From assembly GCA_964016885.1 (NCBI GenBank), contig OZ024752.1, positions 44,144,001 through 44,208,000 on the forward strand: a stretch of DNA of 64,000 nucleotides. The letters are read 5' to 3'. How positions within the stretch are numbered: the first letter of the stretch is position 1; the number at the start of each line of letters is the position of its first letter. The stretch comes from Eledone cirrhosa. Taxonomy: Eukaryota. The notes beneath the pieces are model-generated. The model was not told where the DNA came from. It did no database searches and saw nothing but the letters and a program-made list of their open reading frames with translations. A program made the position numbers and the translations under genes. Shown in pieces: positions 1 to 11,736 of this stretch.

Positions 1-2759
1 CTGGTTGGTTGAGGTTCAGATGAATTTAGAATTGCATCATGAAACGCTCTATCTTGCCGTCAAGCTTGTTGATATGTATCTGTCTAAAGTTACAATCAAA
101 CGTTCATACCTTCAACTTGTGGGGACTACTGCCATCTTCATTGCTTGTAAATATGATGTAAGTCTATAAATATTTGAATGTTTTTCTTACAATCTACTCT
201 CACTTCCTGTGATTTTTAGCTTATTACTGTTAGGTCACTTAACACTCTCATCAAATAGTTGCTGCTGACTTGCTAGAAATAACAGCTAGATTGCCCTCAA
301 ACAAACCCTACTGTCTTAAAAACGAACACATTGGATAAGATATTCCTAAATATGCCTGCATAGTCCTGTAACAACTGAAGTCGTAGAGGTGCCATATTGA
401 CATAACAGTAGATCTCAGTTTGACAATCGCCACAGACAGACGAATGCAAGAAAGTTCTCCAACCCAAGTTAACCAGGAATCTCTAAAATTCTTCCCACTG
501 AAGTTAACAAAGAACTTACTGGATCTACCAGCTCATAATATAATATAAAATTAAATCAAAAATTTTTTAACACTACAAGTGAAGTCATTCTTTTACTTTT
601 TTTCAAATATCTCTATATATATATATATATACATACATACAGGAAGAATTGAGCCCAGTACTTGACTGGTAGTTTTTTGGGGGGTTTTTGTGGTGTACTG
701 TAGAAAAGGTTGGAGTTTCTGATAGATGTGGTATCAGCAACATTGTATAGAGTTTGATTGATTGTAATGGAAAGGTGGAATTTACAGCTAACACTTGTAT
801 TAGCTGGGTACCTGTGAGGTATCTCACATGTTTAGCTGGGCATCTGTGAGGTGGTCCTCAGACCCTGTACAGTGAATTTCTCTTTTGTGGAAATACTACT
901 TTCTCTGCTGGAGTAAGGTTGTGTTGTCTGTAGAGTATATTTTCAGTTCAATTATATCCAACTTAACTCGTCCAATGATCAACAACTGCCTTTTCTTTTT
1001 CTAAACAATAGGAACGCATTCTTCCACAGTGTCAGGATTTCTTGCATATGAGTGACAATGCTTTTTCAATGGAGAAACTATTTGAAATGGAAATGAAAAT
1101 GTTTGTTACTGTAGACTATCACCTGGGTTTCCCACTTTCTTATAGATTTCTTCGGCGCTATTGTAAGGTAATGAGAGATTCCTTTTTTCTTTTTTTTTTT
1201 GTCTTTTGATCCAATCAGTTTTTTTTTGTTTTTTTTGTATTATTGTCTTATGTTTTTTACAATCTATTCTAGGTTGCTAATTTTGAAACGAAAACTCTGA
1301 CACTCGCCCGCTACATCCTTGAATTATCACTTCTTGACTACAGTTTTGCTTATGAAAAAGAGTCTTTGAAGGCAGCTGGTTGTTTATGGTTGGCTTTAAA
1401 GATGGAGGATCTCAAATGGGTTGGTTTCTTTCTTTAACCCTTTAATGACTATATTTCTAATGAAATACTCCGTTTCAGTTAATTAATGAATAAATTTGAG
1501 AGATTTACTAAAATTACTGTATTTCCCAGCATCGAAGACGCTGCTTTTTTCCTAAAATAAGTCTAAAAAATCTACCATGCGTCCTGGAGGCCGAAGGTTG
1601 TTTATTTTTCAAATTTTTGGTTGTCAAAATTAGGGTGCATCCTGGAGGACGAAACCTCTTCAGCACCAGGAAATACGGTATTTCAGCACTAAAATAGTAA
1701 CTTAATATAAGGTTCTTATATAGAATTATGTTGGAAGATGTTAATTTAAATTGGCTGCTTTATTTCATAGGACCAGAACCAGGTTTGGCAGGGGTTGGTA
1801 ACAAAATAGTTAAACATAATTTTACTTAATTTTTTCTAAATTTTATCCAAATTTCAGAATGATATGCTAACTCACCACTCGGGTTACTCCGAAGAAGAAG
1901 CAAAGGAAATGTCGAAGAAACTTAATCACATGTTGCTAAAACCCACATTCAATCAAGTCAATGAAGTTTATAATAAATATTCAAATCAGTAAGTTCTATT
2001 TTTATTTTGTAATGTGTATGGAGGAAAGAGTTGAAATTGTAGGGGTCTGGTTGGGGTGAAAACATTTCTGATCAATTTTGTTACATTGTAGCATTAATGT
2101 AACACTGATATACAGCATGGATATGTACTAGCAGAATACCTGGCATGGTAACTGTAAATGACCCAGTATTAAAACTAAGACATGACTGAAGACGAGGAAA
2201 TGTAATTTAGGGGGTTAGTTATGGGGGATGCTTGTCATGTGGCCCATGTTTTAGTTTGGCATATTCATATAGTACTGAATTGTCTTTAGTTCACTCCAGT
2301 GTTTATCTATCCTCTCTCCTACGTACGTTGTTGCCATGTATCTGCAGGCACCCTCTGTATATCTTATGTTATGTTTTTAGTTTTACAATTTATTTGGTGA
2401 CTCTACATATTACACATTTCTTATTTGTAGAGCGAGTTTTCTTAAGGGGGTGAGTTTTATTGATCAGGGATTTTATGGTAGTTCCTGGCTTTTCTACCAC
2501 TTTAATATTTAAATAGATGTTTCTTATGACCTTTTTAAATCAACTAGCTTGATCACCTTCTGGGGTTGCATCCACAAACATGACACTCTGGTATCTCTGG
2601 CTAGCCTACCATGAGTTGGCTTTCCTTATCTTTTTCCTAAAACCTTGCAAAACAAATTACATCACTGCCAGAATTATATATAATTATATTTTTTTGTTTT
2701 TCAGAGTTTTCTTGGATGTGGCAAATATTCCTAAATTGTCGATGGTGCAACTTGAATAG
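1..2759 (+). CDS. CCNB3: G2/mitotic-specific cyclin B3, 5'-truncated by the window edge; exons <1-157, 1012-1167, 1273-1419, 1858-1988, 2705-2759
   Basis: Manual splicing at GT-AG sites keeps the frame: WLVEVQMNLELHHETLYLAVKLVDMYL...LQLVGTTAIFIACKYD|ERILP...FPLSYRFLRRYCK|...TLTLARYILELSLLDY...|...KYSNQVFLDVANIPKL...stop. This is a cyclin box, and the C-terminal KYS.xVF..VA.IP pattern is typical of B3. Confidence 0.9.
1434..1814. mobile_element. piggyBac-type MITE (family 2), interrupted by a Tc-type MITE
   Basis: TTAA-CCCTTT start and degenerate ...AGTTAA end; related copies at ~19948-20153 and ~57871-58097. Confidence 0.6.
1517..1678. mobile_element. Tc2/pogo-like MITE with TA target duplication
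   Basis: Terminal inverted repeats CTGTATTTCC...GGAAATACGG, with TA on both sides (1515-16, 1679-80). Confidence 0.65.
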
Positions 2760-3420
2760 TTTTTGGCTCATCTGAAAATGTAAATATAGATTGCAGCAAG
2801 AAAGCATCTGGTTTGCGAGTCACAGAGAAAGCTGTTGGATTTTAGATTATGATTGGTTAATTGCTTGTAAATGCCGAGTATGTGTCGTTGGTGATAGCTT
2901 CTTAACAGCTTTTTATTTTTATTTTACTGTACAAAACTTCATGAAGACCGATATTTTGGCGTTTTAACTTTTTTAAACTTCCGAACTATATCTTACCTCA
3001 AAGGTTTACCGAATTGTTATTTAATTTTGGCTATATTTTTTTCTTCTAATTTTCTAAAAATATTTTTTTAGTCCATGTATAAGCAAGTATTAGCTGAAAT
3101 TAAATTAATGGAGAAATTCAGCTGAATTGAAGGTGGGTTTTGATATAGATAAAAAATAAAAATTGTTTCGGGTTTTTTTTTTTAATTTTTTTTATGTCTT
3201 TTAAATCTGGAAGAAAATTTTAGAGATTTAGTTATTTTGAAGGTTTCGAATTTTTTTTAATTTTTTTTTTTTTATTTCATTTATTTAGTAAGTTTACTTA
3301 GTTTATATTTCTTCCAGTTAAGTGGTACATTTACAAAAGTATATTAGTTTATAGAATAAAGAATGCTACATAATTATTTGTTAGAGTTTAGTATATAGTT
3401 TTTTAAAATAAAATCCTGAT
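2760..3420 (+). promoter_or_regulatory. Cyclin B3 3' UTR with U-rich CPE-like tracts and AATAAA signals (~3355, ~3407)
   Basis: Several TTTTAT/TTTTTAAT tracts and long T runs upstream of AATAAA hexamers. Confidence 0.45.
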
Positions 3421-3553
3421 ATTATTTTGGCCTACAATTTCTTTCATAATATATAAATTCAATAGGTAATCAGGTTACTACTTTATTAGCTGTGTGTGAG
3501 AAAAAAAAAAAAAAAATATTGGAAGTATGGTAGCAAGAAGCCAACAGTATTCC

Positions 3554-3597
<44 letters not shown>

Positions 3598-4101
3598 TTA
3601 ATTTTTTTAATTTACATTAGCAAAGGGGAAATAAGTGTGGTTTCTTTTATAATAATTTGGTTTGTCTTCTGGAATAAGAATTAAGTTGTATCTTGATTAT
3701 AAGTTATTAAAGTTTTTAAAGTAATTATTCAACTGTGAAAATGTATGAAACTTCGAACTTTTTTTTTTTTTTCAGAATTTTAAATGCGGAAGAAACTATT
3801 TTTTTAGAAATTTAAGTCAAATTATTTTTACATATGCTAAAATGTTTTAAATGTGTAAAGTGTTATGTAAGACACTTTAATTGTTGGTTTGTCAACTTTT
3901 TTGCATTTTAGTTAATTACCTTTTTGTGTTATTTAATCAAGAAACGACTTGGAAGTTTAAAAAGATAAAATGTATAGATGAGATATTTCCCCTTTGTAAT
4001 ACATTTGGGCTTAATGTATGTGATTAAATTTATCAACATCAGTCTTTTGCACTTGGCCATTTCTTTCAAACCATTTTACAGATTTTATTTCATGTATTTT
4101 G

Positions 4102-4293
4102 TTAACCCTTTATCATTACTCTATATTTCCTATTGTATTTTTGTGGTAAAGGCTTTACCTCACATAATATCGAATCTATGAGATTTTGATATTATTTATT
4201 TTGAGAATACCTTAAGTATAAACAGGCGGTTTGAACAGAAAGAGGTGAGAGAATTCTAGCTGGATACAGCTGGCTTAAATGCTAAAGGGTTAA
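4102..4293. mobile_element. piggyBac-type MITE (family 1)
   Basis: TTAACCCTTTA...TAAAGGGTTAA; homologous copies or fragments at ~13580-13797, 14979-15194, 23447-23645, 35660-35863, 42760-42930, 59412-60060, 60537-60670. Confidence 0.7.
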
Positions 4294-5807
4294 TCCTTTT
4301 GTGAGCATATCCAGTAAGATATTACCTTTGTATTTTAATTATCAAACTAAGAGGTTTAGTGAAATAACTTTGAACATAATATATGAATACTTAATAGTTT
4401 CTACTTTTGGCACAAGGCCAGCAATTAACCCCATTGCATTACTGGTACTTTATTTTATTGACCCAGTAAGGATGTAAGGCAAAGTTAACCTCAGCGAAAT
4501 TTGAACACTGTGTTGCAAAGCATGGTTTCTGACACTCTGATTACTGTCAATCCACGGTAATCTAATGTAACGAGATTTTAGTTCATTTGAATATAAATGT
4601 TAACTCTGGGTATTGAGTCCACACCTGTTAGATTTGCTGAAATGAGTTATGTTGCTCTGAACATGTTTAGTCAATAGATCTAAGAAAACTGCTTGCCTAT
4701 AGGGTTTTGATTGGTGGCATGCTGTCAGATTGCACCATCACAGCATGTGCTAAGGGGCCTTTTGCAGTCTGATGTGTTAAGGGGCCTCTCACGGTCTGAT
4801 GTGTTCCACTGTTTGAGTCACACCAATATTGTCTTAAAATTTATTGCACCCCACCCTCTGTGTCAGCAGTCAACTCAAACCCTTGCTAATGTTAGGGTAA
4901 CCTGAGGTCCTGTGATGGTGAAGCCGATGTCCTCAACATAGCTAATACTAATTTACCTCAAAGCCAGAAATGTTTATTCTCAAATAATTCTTTGAAGTTC
5001 AATAAATGACTGGAAGGTATGTTGGGCAGGTGGAATGTCCCACTTTTGCAGAATTACTCATAAACTGACTGGGACTTGCCTTGAATAGAACCCATTTAAC
5101 GCATGCTAGCATGAAAAAATGGACGTTAAATGATATATATATATATATATATAAAATCACATATACACACAGAATAACAATTTTAAAATGCCATTTCTTT
5201 TGCTGTTTGTGCCAGATGATAAATGGTCTCACATTGGTGTAATTTTTTTGCTACAAGAAAAACAAGTTGTTTCACAAATCTCAATTTTTTTTTTAGTTTT
5301 ATCATGCTGAACAAATTCCAAGTGGTAAACATTACAAGTGTTATGATGTAAGATAATAGCTATTTCACCTTAGTTCAAGTAACTATATGATAATTAAACC
5401 CCCCCCCCCCCCCCCCCCCATTTAATTGATGATAATAGTTGGACTTTAACAATTTGACATTGTTTTGTTTCTGGGTTTTTAAGGTATTTTATTTTGTATT
5501 AATTAATGTACTGGTTGTGTACACCATACTGTAATACTAACATAGGTAGCAGGGTGAAATGTTATTAGAATTGTTTTGGAACGCCTGTCCAATGCAAGTT
5601 AGAAATAAGAGTAAAGCAAGGTCCAACAAGATTTTGTTTCGAAGTTGCACAATTGTGGCTTTCCTAAAATAACTAACCACAATATATTATCATAAATAAA
5701 TACGACTTGCATAAATAAGAGATAAATATCTTAAGTGTTTAACAAATTGTTTAATTAAAGGTTTCAGCTCTCTTAAAGTTAGTCTTGAGTCTTCATATGT
5801 TTCTGAA

Positions 5808-5915
5808 GGCAGCGAATTGGCAGAATCATTAGAACCTCAATGTTTTTGTATTTGTTTCGGCTCTCTCAGTTCAAATCCCACCGAGGTCAGCATTGCCTTT
5901 CATCCTTTCGGGGTC

Positions 5916-5961
<46 letters not shown>

Positions 5962-6015
5962 ATAAAATAAATAAAATAAAATTTTTAAAGTACCAGTCAA
6001 GTACTGGGATCAATG
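5808..6015 (+). mobile_element. tRNA-derived SINE (family A)
   Basis: GGCAGCGAATTGGCAG head, GTTCAAATCC B-box and GCCTTTCATCCTT..GGGGTCGAT..AAAGTACCAGT body; many other copies in the window. Confidence 0.65.
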
Positions 6016-6493
6016 TAAGTTGTGGGGCTGGGCTGTCATTGGTCTCAGTGTTAAGATGTAACTTGTGGGGTTGGGCTGTTTTCTATTAACTAGTATTTCC
6101 ATTAAGTGACTGGTCATGTTTTAATTCATATGCGCTATTAGTTTTATCTAAGATGAAAGTGTTTTGTGTGTAATCTAGTAGTGTTGTGAAGCTAATCTTT
6201 TCTAGAAGGTACTGGAGTACTTACGGAAGGAAATGTTAGAAACTAAGTTGAGGAGGTCAGCTTCAAAGAGCGGGGGGAGGGGGGTCGTTTACTTTTGGTT
6301 GATAATTTCTGGTCCCAAGGTTATACAAATGGACTGTTCCTGTGACCCTCCCCCATTGTGAACAAGTGATTTCCATCTGAAATCCTTAACCAAATCTGTC
6401 ACAGGGCTGATATGAACCAAACATATTAAATTGTAAAGGAGGTGAATTGTCAGAGCCATTACAACATTGATTAGAATGCTTTACTACAATGGA

Positions 6494-6527
<34 letters not shown>

Positions 6528-6661
6528 TTTATATATACCTCAGACCAGTAGCTATGCATCTCTTAAGTACATTTCAATAAAAAGAATATATATATATATG
6601 TGTACCCATGCTAGCATGGAAGATAGATGTTAAATGATGATATATTCCCTTTGATATATAT

Positions 6662-9545
6662 ATTTCATTTCATTTCATTTCATTTGAGTTTGAGTCCATG
6701 CTCAGGCCAGAGTCTGGTGTGGTTGCCAGGTTGTATTCTCTGTTTAATTTTGACATGTGTAGGAGCGAGTTTGAGTCAGTTTGTGCTCGTTGTGTATATC
6801 CTGGGAGATGGGGTTCATCTCTAATGGTGCTTAAGTATCTATCCAGCTGCAATTTGAATGATTCCACACTGCATCCTGATAGATTTCTGACATGTACCGG
6901 AATGGAGTTGAATAGTTGTGCCCCTCGAACCAACAGACTTGACTCTCGCAGGGTTTTTGCTGCCTGGCCAGCCTTTTTGTTGATTGGTGGTAGCTGGCAG
7001 CGTCTTCCGTGGCGCAGTGAGTGGTAGGTTTTGATACCAAAGTTTGGCACCTTTTGCTCTATCATTTTCCAAATGTATATAATTCGGTATCGCTCAAATC
7101 TTCTTTCTATTGAGTACATCTTCAAGGTTTTGAGTCTTTGCCAATAGTCCAGGTCCCTCGTTTCTGAGAAGTATGAGGTAAAATTTCTTTGGAGCGATTC
7201 CATCTTAGATAGTTGGCCCTTTGTTGTTGGTGACCACAACTGAGAACAGTAGTCAATCCTTGGAAGTATCATACTGTTCCAGAGGGTTTTCATTGTTGAG
7301 GTATCTCTTGATTTGAAGGTGCGCAAGATCCACCCGCTGTACTTTTTTGCAGTAAGACAGACTGAGTCAAGGTGTTCTCTGAATTTTAGGCTGGTTCCCA
7401 TGTGGATGCCTAAATCTTTCACACACTGTTTTTCCATTATTTGTTGTCCTGATGGGTTTCTGTAGTTTGTTGTATTTTTCAGATCTTGATCTGTTCCGTA
7501 GCGAATTAGTTCAAACTTCTTATCATTGAACAACATGTTGTTTGTTTCCTGCCATTTGTATATGGTGGTCAGGTCCTTTTGTAAGGCCTCTGTATCCACC
7601 TCGTCTTTGATTTGTCTCATGACCCTGGTGTCATCAGCAAAGGATGAGACGTTGCTGGTTGTATCTTCATCTATGTCAGAGATGAGGATGAGAAACAGGA
7701 TCGGGCCGAGTACTGTACCCTGAGGAACACTGCTGGTCACAGGTGATGGTGTTGAATGGGTTCCATTCACAGTGACTGTTTGAGTTCTATTTGTAAGGAA
7801 CTCATGTATCCATGTACCAACTTTTCTTCCTACTCCTAGCTTTCGAAGTTTGTGTCCCAGGATGCTATGATCTACCTTGTCAAAGTCGAGGTAAATAACA
7901 TCTGTGTTGTATCCATTCTCTAGATTTTCTAGGATTTGGTCATGGTGTGCCAGTAGTTGGGAAAGACATAATCTACCTAACCTGAATCCATGCTGGTTGC
8001 AATTCATCAGATTGTTGGATTCCAGGAACTCAACCAGTTTTCCACGAACTATTCTTTCGAAGACCTTGATAATGTGTGATGTCAGTGAGATTGGTCGGTA
8101 GTTCTTTGGTTTTGATTTGCTGTCCCCTTTATGTATTGGAGTTATGTGTGCTTCTTTATATGTATTTGGTATTTTGCCATTCTCCATAGATTCCTTCCAT
8201 ATCATGTAAAGGGGTTTCAACAATTGTACCTTGCAGTTTTTAAGTATCATGGCATTGAAACCATCAGGCCCCGCAGCCGAGTGCATGGGGAGCTTGTCTA
8301 TGGCTCTTTCTATGTCTTCTGGGTTGAAATCAATGTCGGATAGGGTAGGTTTAGTATGGTCGATATCCTTGAAGAATTCTCCTGGGTCATGGATCTTCAT
8401 GGTTTTAGATGGCTCACTGAAGACACTTTCATACTGTTGACCCAACATTTCTGCCATTTCAATAGGGTTATTCACTACATCCCCATTTTGTCTCTGGAGA
8501 GGTCCTATTGTTGACTTGATATTCGAGTATTTCTTTGCAAAACTGTAGAAACATTTGGGATTTTTTTTTTTTGCACATATTTCTTCGATCTTGTTTAAGA
8601 ATTTCTTGTGTTTATCTGGCCCAGTAAGGTAGAGATCCCAGTCAATGATTTGTAACTGGTTGTTAATAGTTTCCCAATTTGCCTGGTGATAATCATACCT
8701 GCATAGCTTTGGCATGTCCTTTTGTTTAAGAGTTGTGGCATTGGGCTCATTACCAATGTGTAAATGCATTTCAATAATATTGTGGTCTGAAAGGATTGTT
8801 GGGGTTGAGTGAAGGTCAAATAGCGTGTCCTCGTTGGTGAAAACCAAGTCGATCGTATTATTATTTCTAGTTGCTTCTGTCATCATTTGTTTGAGGTATA
8901 ATTTCTCTGTGACTTCCAACAGTTTGGCTGCCTGTATTTGTTTAGTATGTGTCCATGTGATGTTAGGGAAGTTGAAGTCACCAAGGAGGATAATGTCTGG
9001 CATTGGACTCGCCATGTTTCCCAGAATTTGTTGGAGCTTTGTCAGTGGCTCAGTGAAGGATAATGTTGGGCTGTTTGGCGGTCTGTACATTATTGTTACA
9101 ACTGTATTAAGTTGGATGATTTTTATGCACAGCAGGTTGCAGTAGGCATTTGATTCATTGACAAGTTCTATACATGCATAGGTATCATGGATATACATGA
9201 TAACGCCCCCATGGGATCTGCCTTGTCTATCACATCTGAAGATGTTGAATCCATTGATTGAGATTTCGCTGTTGCGGATGTTTTCGTTGAGATGACTTTC
9301 AGTAATTCCAATTATTTTGGAGTTGTTTTCTGTTGCTAATTCTTCCAAGAAAGGGACTTTACACTGTTTTGTTTTCGGATAAAGACCCTGGATATTTGCT
9401 GTTATTATGCTTGTTGTACCGGATACATCTGCCCTATTGTTGGCAAGACTGTTGTAGTTGCTGGGACTGTGCTGACTGGATATTCGGTCTGCTGGGCTGT
9501 CTGTATTTGTTGTATGTGCCCTGTAAGTCCAGGTGTCAGCCTTTG
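6662..9545 (-). mobile_element. Non-LTR retrotransposon of the CR1/L2 (Jockey) group, 5'-truncated, ending in a (GAAAT)n tail
   Basis: ORF 9348-6670 stays open upstream through TANIQGL to ~9555. APE motifs (GITESHL, YRPP, GDFN, SDH) and RT motifs (NYRPISL, PQGTVLGP, FADD). Confidence 0.92.
6670..9348 (-). CDS. LINE ORF2 (APE endonuclease + reverse transcriptase), with probable internal in-frame deletions
   Basis: 892-aa ORF in the track with the motifs above; YLDFDKVDH lacks the usual xKAF and the EN-RT linker is short. Confidence 0.75.
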   Translation of the reverse strand: MEELATENNSKIIGITESHLNENIRNSEISINGFNIFRCDRQGRSHGGVIMYIHDTYACIELVNESNAYCNLLCIKIIQLNTVVTIMYRPPNSPTLSFTEPLTKLQQILGNMASPMPDIILLGDFNFPNITWTHTKQIQAAKLLEVTEKLYLKQMMTEATRNNNTIDLVFTNEDTLFDLHSTPTILSDHNIIEMHLHIGNEPNATTLKQKDMPKLCRYDYHQANWETINNQLQIIDWDLYLTGPDKHKKFLNKIEEICAKKKNPKCFYSFAKKYSNIKSTIGPLQRQNGDVVNNPIEMAEMLGQQYESVFSEPSKTMKIHDPGEFFKDIDHTKPTLSDIDFNPEDIERAIDKLPMHSAAGPDGFNAMILKNCKVQLLKPLYMIWKESMENGKIPNTYKEAHITPIHKGDSKSKPKNYRPISLTSHIIKVFERIVRGKLVEFLESNNLMNCNQHGFRLGRLCLSQLLAHHDQILENLENGYNTDVIYLDFDKVDHSILGHKLRKLGVGRKVGTWIHEFLTNRTQTVTVNGTHSTPSPVTSSVPQGTVLGPILFLILISDIDEDTTSNVSSFADDTRVMRQIKDEVDTEALQKDLTTIYKWQETNNMLFNDKKFELIRYGTDQDLKNTTNYRNPSGQQIMEKQCVKDLGIHMGTSLKFREHLDSVCLTAKKYSGWILRTFKSRDTSTMKTLWNSMILPRIDYCSQLWSPTTKGQLSKMESLQRNFTSYFSETRDLDYWQRLKTLKMYSIERRFERYRIIYIWKMIEQKVPNFGIKTYHSLRHGRRCQLPPINKKAGQAAKTLRESSLLVRGAQLFNSIPVHVRNLSGCSVESFKLQLDRYLSTIRDEPHLPGYTQRAQTDSNSLLHMSKLNREYNLATTPDSGLSMDSNSNEMK

Positions 9546-10703
9546 TTAGAGATGCCTACTGGCTGTAGTAGGTTTTACTATGTATTTAGGTAAGGCGGGT
9601 CTTCTCTGTTACTGAGTACCGCCAAAGGTCTCGGTCCAGTGACATTGTCTTGGAGAGGTGTAAGTGTGTGAGGTCGGAGTTTATCAGCTCGTCCCAGGTT
9701 TTTCTAGGTCTGCCTATTCCGTGGCTACCGTCTATCTTTATTGCCCTGCACTTTGTTATACAGCTATCGACTTTCATGCGCATCACGTGTCCATACCAAC
9801 GTAGCCTTCTCTCGAGTAAACAACATCTGATCCCTCTTATTTCTAATTTTTTCCTTAGTTCGTTTATGCTTTGCCGTTCACGTATATTACTGTTACACAT
9901 CCAGCGGAGCATGCAAGCTTCATTCCTCTCTAGTCTGCGTATATCCTCTGCACACAATGCCCAGGTCTCACTGCCATGCAACATTGCTGTTCGTATGCAG
10001 GCATCGTACAACCTGCCTTTCATTTTTAGGGAGAACCCTTTAGCAGCTAATAGTGGTATAAGCTCTCTGAACTTTTTCCAACCAGTTCTGACTCTAGCTA
10101 CTGTACTTTCAGAGCACCCTCCCCCACTGCTGATTTTATCACCCAGGTAACGGAAACTGTCCACTATTTCTATAGAACCCTCTGCGCAATTGAAAGAGCT
10201 AGTATTTTGTGGGCACTTGCTGCTACTTATTGCACCAAGCCACATGTAAAATCTATGTTCTTAGTTAGCTTACCTGTGATCCCACTACATCTTTTATGCA
10301 CCCATACTTTGCATTTAGGACATAAAATGGAGTTTCTACCTACGCCTTTCCTACACACCGAGCACGACCATTTCCCAGAAGGGACCGCCACCTTATTTTC
10401 TTTCCTACAAACTAGAACTTTAGTCTTAGCCAGGTTAATTTTAAGGCCTTTTGATTCTAGGCCGTGCTTCCATGTTTGGAATTTCTTCTCTAGCTCGGCC
10501 ATTGATTCCGCTATGAGTGTCAGGTCGTCTGCGTATAGGAGTTCCCATGGGCAGCCGGTCTTGAACTCCTCTGTTATAGCCTGAAGGGCAATAATAAATA
10601 GTAGGGGGCTGAGAACAGAGCCCTGATGGACGCCAACTTTTACGCTAAACTCTTCACTATATTCGTTGTTAATTCTAACCTTGCTGACTGTTTCTTTATA
10701 CAT
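9543..10703 (-). mobile_element. RTE-clade retrotransposon 3' fragment (RT C-terminal half with PHD finger), frameshifted
   Basis: ORF 10703-10227 (GVHQGSVLSPLLF, LYADD) and ORF 10245-9586 ([31 protein letters not shown]). Confidence 0.9.
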
Positions 10704-11473
10704 ATGAAGTGTGTATGATATGTGTATGTATATTACATATATTGTATATGCATGCTAATATATATAAATATATGTGCACATAAATATATATACGTGTATA
10801 TGTATGTATAATAGGGATATCGAATCTAACAAAGAAATTATTTGATTCATTAGAAAGACACAGTTGTTACAAAGAAAATATATTTTTACATATTTTAAAT
10901 CAAATTATAGTCAATTAAATCAACACCAGTTTGTTACTGCTGCTTTATCTTATTGACATCATAAGGATGAAAGGCAAAGTTAACCTTGGCAGGATTTGAA
11001 CTCAGACTATAAAGGGGCGTAACTCTATGCTGCAAATCATGGTGTCTACTGATACTGTCAATCTCCCATAATAATAATAATAATAATATCAAAATATTAT
11101 GGATGTGAAGAGAATGGTGTATACCTGTGCCTCCCCAGTCAAACCAGTGACATTCTGGTCTTAGTTGATGGTAACAACACCTATGTTCAGTGACTTGAGG
11201 TTGATGAGCAGGTGTCCTCGCAATTGGTCCTGCTTCTAAGATAAAACTGATTATCTTAAGTAAGGCCATGTTTGATAAAGAAGACAAAAAGAAGACCGTT
11301 ATCTGTGTTTAGGAAGGACTTGTTGATCCATCCTTGCTAACTGAGAACATTTCTATAAGAATATCATTGTATATCCTTCTTATGATGGACCCCTGGAAGT
11401 CAGCAATTATGTTGAGGAATTTCAATTTTATATTTGTGTATGTCTCTTGATTAATTTGTATGATTTTTATGTT

Positions 11474-11730
11474 TTGGTCAAACTATTGTTGGTGTGATGT
11501 TGTTATTTACCTGTGTTGGTCAAACTATTGTTGGTGTCATGTTGTTATTTACCTGTGTTGGTCAAACTATTGTTGGTGTGATGTTATTTACCTGTGTTGG
11601 TCAAACTATTGTTGGTGTCATGTTGTTATTTTCTCTCTGTGTTGGTCAAATTATTGTTGGTGTGATGTTGTTTTTTCTCTGTGTTGGTCAAACTATTGTT
11701 GGTGTGATGTTGTTATTTTCTCTGTGTGGT
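11474..11730. repeat. Minisatellite, ~39-42 bp unit (GTTGGTCAAACTATTGTTGGTGTGATGTTGTTATT...)
   Basis: About six tandem units read directly. Confidence 0.9.
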
Positions 11731-11736
11731 CTACAT

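Noticed and set aside
5755-5800. Hammerhead-like ATGAAGA...GAAAC on the minus strand
   Set aside because: The first core C is missing and stems I and III cannot be formed.
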